Part shown: piece by piece, positions 59,501 to 64,000 of the stretch
Layout: the number at the start of each line of letters is the position of its first letter
Position numbering within the stretch: position 1 is the stretch's first letter
Assembly: GCF_001949145.1 (NCBI RefSeq)
Contig: NW_019091361.1
Span: forward strand, 1,205,588-1,269,587
DNA: 64,000 nucleotides
Reading direction: 5' to 3'
Source of the DNA: Acanthaster planci
Taxonomy: Eukaryota
The notes under the pieces: generated by a model
Seen by the model: only the letters and a program-made list of their open reading frames with translations
What the model was told of the DNA's origin: nothing
Database searches by the model: none
Position numbers and translations under genes: made by a program

Positions 59501-61670
59501 TGCTGGGACATGGTTGATGGGCGACTTTTTTTGTGTGGCAAATAGTGTGCTCCAACACATATTTACGGCAGTGAGTATTTACTCACTAGTACTTCTGAGT
59601 ATAGATCGTTACATTGCTATATCCCGTCCTGTGAGATATCCATCATTAATGACTCCATTCAGATAAAAAATAATGGTAGCCGCAACATGGGCTTTGATTG
59701 GCATATCGAGCACTCTCCTCTTTGGGCTTTATGATCCTGTTTTTCCTGTCCAAGCTGGTCCAGGAAAAGTCTACTGCTCCAAACTAAACAATGAGAACAG
59801 TTTATTTATGCACTGTTACAATCACAATTCCACTATTGACAATATTTATTCTGTATACGCATATCACGCTAATATCTCGCAATCAAGCCAGGCGCATTGC
59901 TGCTGAAAATCGTGCAGGCAACGGCCAAGGTGGGCAGAGAATAAACACTAGATCAACCACCACCATCATCATTATAACTGGAGCTTTGATGATCAGCTGG
60001 ATTCAAATAGTAATTATATTTTTATTACTATCATTATTAGATTTTTATTATGTCTCTTACTTGGCCGCCTCTTTCACACAAACTCTTCTCTTGTCAAATG
60101 GCTGGCTGAATGTTGTTATCTACTATCTAAGGAACAGGGATCTTTGGCTGACAAAATGGAGTTTATTATCTGACTGTTACAATGTACCAGAACCTGCGTC
60201 AAAGAATCCTGCCATAACTTATGTACATGTACGTCATCACGGCCATGGAGGAAGGAAAAAGCTTGAACACAGGCTTTAAACAGCCTAATGTAACCTGACA
60301 TACCGGTACATGTATATATCCATATAGTCTGGGTATACATGTATAATTCACTTTCCATAGACAGTGACAGAGCCAACATGTACATGTCAACAACAAACGC
60401 CTGTATGTAAATTTCATATGATCCCGAGTGCCTGTAATACACATGTACATGTAACTGTGATATCTATTCATGCATTCAGACATGTGTCCCAAGCTGTCAA
60501 TAGTGTAGCCTTGGTACATGTAACTGCTGGACAGCAAACTTTTCATCTCAGGAATTTGACAATTTCAGTGAATAATACCTGCAAAATGTTTCAGACCTTG
60601 AAATGTGTTTTTCTTGAATTTGACAGCATCAGGTCTCATCTGTTTTTAGCACGGACAGTGGAACTAGCATCTCCAAGCATGCCAAGCAAAAACGATGAAG
60701 GGAATCACAAGTACAATATTTAAAAATCTTTGGCGCTATAATCCTCAGCAACTGGAAAGAAAAATAAACGCCTGTAATTTTAGCACTGCATAAAATGTAA
60801 ATATCTCTCATAAAAAGTGTGCATTCTGCTAAAATGATTTGTACAATGTACGCCGTAGCATACATGTACGTACATACATGTATGTGTACGTACAGCACAT
60901 GCTCTTGGCTGCCAAGATTATGTCTTGTCAATCGATCTTTGTACTACATGTGTAAAATGGAGTCATAGGAGATTCAGTACGGCCACTGACCATGACGGTA
61001 ATAACATGCCATTGAGATACTGGGGATTATTAGTGCTGTCCTGGGTAACTTCAACAGCAAGGATACATTCGCTAACTTGCCAATGAAATGTGGCGGGTTG
61101 GTGATTTTTTTGTAGGTGGCCCGAATCTTACATCACTGGTACTTTGACTTTGAGAACTCTTACTTCACTATCCCATCAATGCATGTTGGCATGTGGCAAT
61201 GTGCATGATGTGTGGAGCCTCACCTACCCCCAGAACTGTGGACATCAGACCCTACAGCTCTCCAAAGAACTGTGACTGAGGTCCACAGTCATGACAGATC
61301 TGGGGTAGGCCTAGCACGCCTACATGTCATGGCCTAGGGCCTCAGCATCTGACCATGCTCACCGCCAGCCTAACACACCCATACTCAGATATTTGCAATG
61401 CCTGCATGCCGAGAGAGCAAAGAATACAACGAAGCCTACTCAGAGTCTTAACGTTCCGCCATAGACCTGGAGGAGAAAAAACATTCTCCTCCAGGTCTGT
61501 GGTCTGACAGTACACAAGTGACAGTACCACTGTTGGCCCATGGAGGAATGGTTGGCCAATTCTTTCGAATTTAAAAGCTGACAGTTTATAACCTTTATAG
61601 TTCCGTTTTCTCCGTTAACAAATATGCTTCCCGGGAATCCACTCAAAGACAGAAGTAACTCGTGCAACAT
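47357..61670 (-). CDS. TUBGCP4: Gamma-tubulin complex component 4, whole gene span; 14 coding exons, about 662 aa
   Basis: Hand-spliced exons total 1989 nt in frame. MLHELLLSLSGFPGSIF start; YLRAFCAGLD; LPSYIPVRVAEKILFVGESVQMFE; KDFFLLGRGELF; HMAFLVDNLQYYLQVDVLE; LLLRLDFNKYY. These match the GCP4 sequence as I recall it. Confidence 0.95.
48043..48159 (-). CDS. TUBGCP4: TUBGCP4 exon 13
   Basis: VSHCLNEIMELCHSFAVLLITHAASMTDREVTHMDKLSQ|gtatgt; 117 nt. Confidence 0.92.
48892..49150 (+). mobile_element. tRNA-derived SINE in TUBGCP4 intron 12
   Basis: A box tggcgtagtgg, B box ggttcaaatc, body atgtggattgggttttcagtccc, AT-rich tail ataaaataaatgaatgaaat. Confidence 0.65.
49370..49504 (-). CDS. TUBGCP4: TUBGCP4 exon 12
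   Basis: VDVLETQFTQLIDKISSTRDFEAVRLAHDQFLTSLLGQCFLLMKP|gtgagt; 135 nt. Confidence 0.95.
50096..50273 (-). CDS. TUBGCP4: TUBGCP4 exon 11
   Basis: YNTLFRFLLSIKRVQLELQQCWALQMQRKH...KWRLRSHMAFLVDNLQYYLQ|gtgggt; 178 nt. Confidence 0.95.
50467..50709. mobile_element. MITE with ctggggccaatttcatagagctgcttaa TIRs
   Basis: Right end ttaagcagcactatgaacttggctccag; internal ggttaccagc/gctggtaacc symmetry. Confidence 0.75.
50964..51081 (-). CDS. TUBGCP4: TUBGCP4 exon 10
   Basis: (K)SEAAPQSKSSGDIGWNCLGMTYNVQWPLHTLFNAAALE(K)|gtgagt; 118 nt. Confidence 0.88.
51455..51571 (-). CDS. TUBGCP4: TUBGCP4 exon 9
   Basis: (D)VNLAFRQAAHKVLLEDDTSLGQVRLTATSKTPIKGASK|gtaaga; 117 nt; donor choice slightly uncertain. 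Confidence 0.85.
52549..52705 (-). CDS. TUBGCP4: TUBGCP4 exon 8
   Basis: HLWRLVVEESDLVGQLHTLKDFFLLGRGELFLAFIDHAQNLLKTPPTSTTEH|gtaagt; 157 nt. Confidence 0.95.
53351..53475 (-). CDS. TUBGCP4: TUBGCP4 exon 7
   Basis: (D)SVLGDKEDIFASRFHQLRQEPLFSIKNFEDAIDGIRSCVAE|gtacac; 125 nt. Confidence 0.92.
54140..54314 (-). CDS. TUBGCP4: TUBGCP4 exon 6
   Basis: QLNEDGRLPERPAHTLYAIRPAMLPSYIPVRVAEKILFVGESVQMFENRKQTVASKYT|gtcaga; 175 nt. Confidence 0.93.
55038..55227 (-). CDS. TUBGCP4: TUBGCP4 exon 5
   Basis: ILFVCHCVLYRQVTAWLLHGMLLDRHSEFFI...DDDDLGIGGVTGRQMREVM|gtaaga; 190 nt. Confidence 0.93.
55586..55776 (-). CDS. TUBGCP4: TUBGCP4 exon 4
   Basis: ILLDPHLTPCHIQEVLEPYQLLFPDLWAVIEQI...VKDAFQ(K)|gtatgt; 191 nt. 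Confidence 0.92.
56134..56237 (-). CDS. TUBGCP4: TUBGCP4 exon 3
   Basis: (D)HLKLRDGLYLRAFCAGLDKVLDPYRKELLRLEQE|gtaaga; 104 nt. Confidence 0.9.
56897..57053 (-). CDS. TUBGCP4: TUBGCP4 exon 2
   Basis: VVPDIPFLHRSEVSILNRLCILGTHYRRFREFIKEYSG...DAPK|gtaaag; alternative in-phase donor 6 nt further (exon end 56891). Confidence 0.88.
57155..57322 (+). repeat. Dispersed repeat family X, copy 3
   Basis: Same core as the 42752 copy; bounded by atatggggc / gccccatat. Confidence 0.7.
57627..58020. other. Assembly gap (largest; others at 4037-4246, 51872-51937, 53726-53882, 56302-56495)
   Basis: Runs of N. Confidence 0.99.
59226..60279 (+). pseudogene. Intronless rhodopsin-class (class A) GPCR pseudogene nested antisense in TUBGCP4 intron 1
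   Basis: TM2 FMASLALADL, ECL1 WLMGDFFC, TM3 LLSIDRYIAISRPVRY, TM7 SNGWLNVVIYYLRN. In-frame TAA at 59664-59666 and a frameshift near 59800 between ORFs 59673 and 59791. Confidence 0.85.
61593..61670 (-). CDS. TUBGCP4: TUBGCP4 exon 1
   Basis: MLHELLLSLSGFPGSIFVNGENGTIK|gttata; 78 nt. Confidence 0.92.
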
Positions 61671-61699
61671 ATTTCAACCTCAAGTTGGTGTGATATTTC

Positions 61700-61980
61700 C
61701 TGATGGAGGCGGAGACTTTGCCGACTAAATTCAGATCTTTCTCGGCTGGAACGGTCCTGTAAAATGTTAAAAATGGCGGCTACTTGGTGACGTCATGAAA
61801 CTGTGTCCAAATCAACTGGCTGCGCCAGCGCTCCTCGAGTTGCTCGTGTCACTTATAGCCGCAGCCGTAAGATTTGAACAGAGCCGGTACTTGCCAGGGT
61901 TAATCAATCGATCCAGCCTGGGTCATAAACTTTGACCCCAACGTCATGTTTGTAAACAACACCACGTGTTAATCCGGACT
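61700..61980 (-). promoter_or_regulatory. TUBGCP4 proximal promoter/5'UTR
   Basis: CpG-enriched; YY1-type AAAATGGCGGC near 61770 and CRE palindrome TGACGTCA near 61788, about 100 nt upstream of the ATG. Confidence 0.55.
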
Positions 61981-62025
61981 CTGCAGTATGCTTGTGGGTT
62001 CAACTTATACATGTACATGTACATG

Positions 62026-62252
62026 TAGACCTTTTTCCTGTGATGTCATAATCTTGCTAGACCGCGTGATGGTAATGAGTGGATAGTGTTGTAATGGTAA
62101 TCTACTTATTCAAGATAAACTAGTCAAGCATGCAGCGTTCGCGCATGCGGTTGTTTGTGGTTGAAGCTGCCATAGGAATAAATGCGATCACCGTGGCCAA
62201 GGCGGTCCACACGTTTAGCGCGATCCAGTCACGTGGGTGAAATAGGTCTGTA
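62026..62252. mobile_element. Short MITE-like element upstream of the TUBGCP4 promoter
   Basis: tagacctttttc ... gaaataggtctgta terminal inverted repeat. Confidence 0.45.
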
Positions 62253-64000
62253 GAGGTTATGCGTTGCTGGCGTCTCAATGATGTCTCAGAGGGTGTTTTT
62301 GTTACAACAAATACACAAAAGGTTTACTCGAGCCTATCCCAGTGATACAAAATTTTTGCCCTCAGAGGACCCTAAGAAGCAAGAGATGGGTGGGGGGCAA
62401 TTGGGGGCCAGCCGTCCCCTGGAGAATTTTTTTAAATGTGGTGGGTGATTTTTTGTCAATTTCCGTTTCTCTTCCTTCCAAAGGTATGCTATGTAAAAAA
62501 GGCACCAAAATACTGCCTCAATGAAAGGTCACAAAGTAATTTTCAAACATTTCTGGCCTCCCCCAGAAAATTTGCCTGCCCCCGAAAGTTTGGTCCTGAA
62601 GTCACCCTTAAATCAAAGAAGATATATACCAAATTTATTGAACAAAGTTAAAGAGACCCCCCAAAATGCATAAATCTTCCCAAACTCACCCAAAGTGTTT
62701 CAAATTAATTAAAACTAACATGGCGTTGCAAACACAATATGTGTATATCATGCTTTGTTTTGTCCAGTCACAGCATAATGCCTGACACACTGTTAGTCTT
62801 TGAAAATCATTTTATTTCTAGCTCTTACCATCCCTTTAGTACATCAGAAATTCTACAATTGATCAGAACACATCTCAGAAATGTATCTCCAAGTAACATT
62901 TATTTTAACCCAAATGCTACAGTTGGGTTAACATACTGTACAGCATCATGGGCTACAAAAAGTACAAGACAATTTTGGGCTGCAGCAAGCAATGTATCCC
63001 CCAAATTTGAAGGGAATCTGCTAGTTCAAATGTAGAAAGGACTGGTTAAATGAGGAAAAGAAAAATTGTAAATCATTTGAACTCCCCCCCCCCAGTCTGA
63101 TGGCAGTACAATTGAACAGAACATGCACATTATGTTAAAATACGATGGAATGTATCTATGAATGGGAGAGAATCTTGAAGTTAGGATGAACCCATAAGTT
63201 GTGGCTCATTGAATGTGAAATGTATCAATTGGGGTTATCTTGGGAGGGAAAACAATCGTCCACTCCTTTTGTAACTTCAGGATAATGACCATTTTGTTTT
63301 CCTGGCTTTAATGGTTTCTTGAAGTATAATGCAACAAAACTTAATCTATCTCATATACAAATTAATCACTTTCAGTTGAAAACTAATCCAATCATACATT
63401 TTCAACTTCATTACAGCAGCACTGATTTCTGTTGATTTCTAAAAATCTACGTATTGAACACAACAATGAAAACACCCAAAATGAAGATGTAACTGAACTG
63501 GCTGGAAAGTTTACACAGTAATAGGTTACCCAGGTAAAGCAAAATTACTTGCACATACATCATGAAAAAAAGGGTTTGAATTTCAGAAATTGATAGTTGA
63601 TCATTTCAGTATTAACAAAAGACTAAAGCAGTGCTGAAATTTACATGTATGTACCATACTATTTTCATGTTAAGTATGGCCATGTAAAGATAACTTGGCT
63701 GCGGCTTCAATATACACACGAGTCTATGGTTCTGGCTTCAGCCATTTCCCACTGGTTTTTACACAAGTTTACGCCACAACTAAGTCATTTGGACATGGCC
63801 CAAATGTTAATTCCGCAGAATTTAATTCCACAAAAAATCCACCTTAATAAAAACATACTTTAGTTCAATTCTCCATTTGAGGGAATTATGCATCGACAAT
63901 GAAGGAACGGGTTATCATTTGTTGAGTTCGCTGATTAGAGAGCATCTGAAACCCTTCCCATCTAATTCTGGAACAGTCCATCTAATTCTGGAACCAGTAA

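Noticed and set aside
63957..64000. 20-bp tandem duplication ccatctaattctggaac at the window edge
   Set aside because: Truncated by the window end; probably a transposon subterminal repeat and cannot be classified.

Overview
Eukaryotic genomic DNA from an intron-rich marine invertebrate; the repeat landscape and GPCR type suggest an echinoderm such as a sea star (inference only). There are five N-gaps. Two complete multi-exon genes lie tail-to-tail: a furin-like proprotein convertase on + (CDS 3189-39646) and gamma-tubulin complex component 4 (TUBGCP4) on - (CDS 61670-47357, 14 exons, about 662 aa). An intronless rhodopsin-class GPCR pseudogene is nested antisense in TUBGCP4 intron 1. The main discovery is two duplicated-exon splicing switches in the convertase. 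(1) A pair of 77-nt mutually exclusive exons (13025-13101 and 15412-15488) swaps the active-site-proximal loop immediately before the catalytic His. (2) A duplicated terminal exon (38830-39125) ends in a hydrophobic, GPI-signal-like tail with no cytosolic domain, and its TAG stop is also the splice acceptor of the canonical transmembrane/TGN-sorting terminal exon (39126-39646). Together these predict up to four enzymes differing in specificity and localisation. Other notable items: a pogo/Tigger-type MITE inserted inside a splice donor, internal evidence that the ubiquitous TACATGTA octamer arises by 6-bp insertion at TA (Tc1/mariner-type footprint), a 25-bp P-like footprint, a 2.4-kb foldback element, and several MITEs and SINEs. 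All gene models were assembled by hand from splice signals, phase and recalled family motifs; no searches were run.
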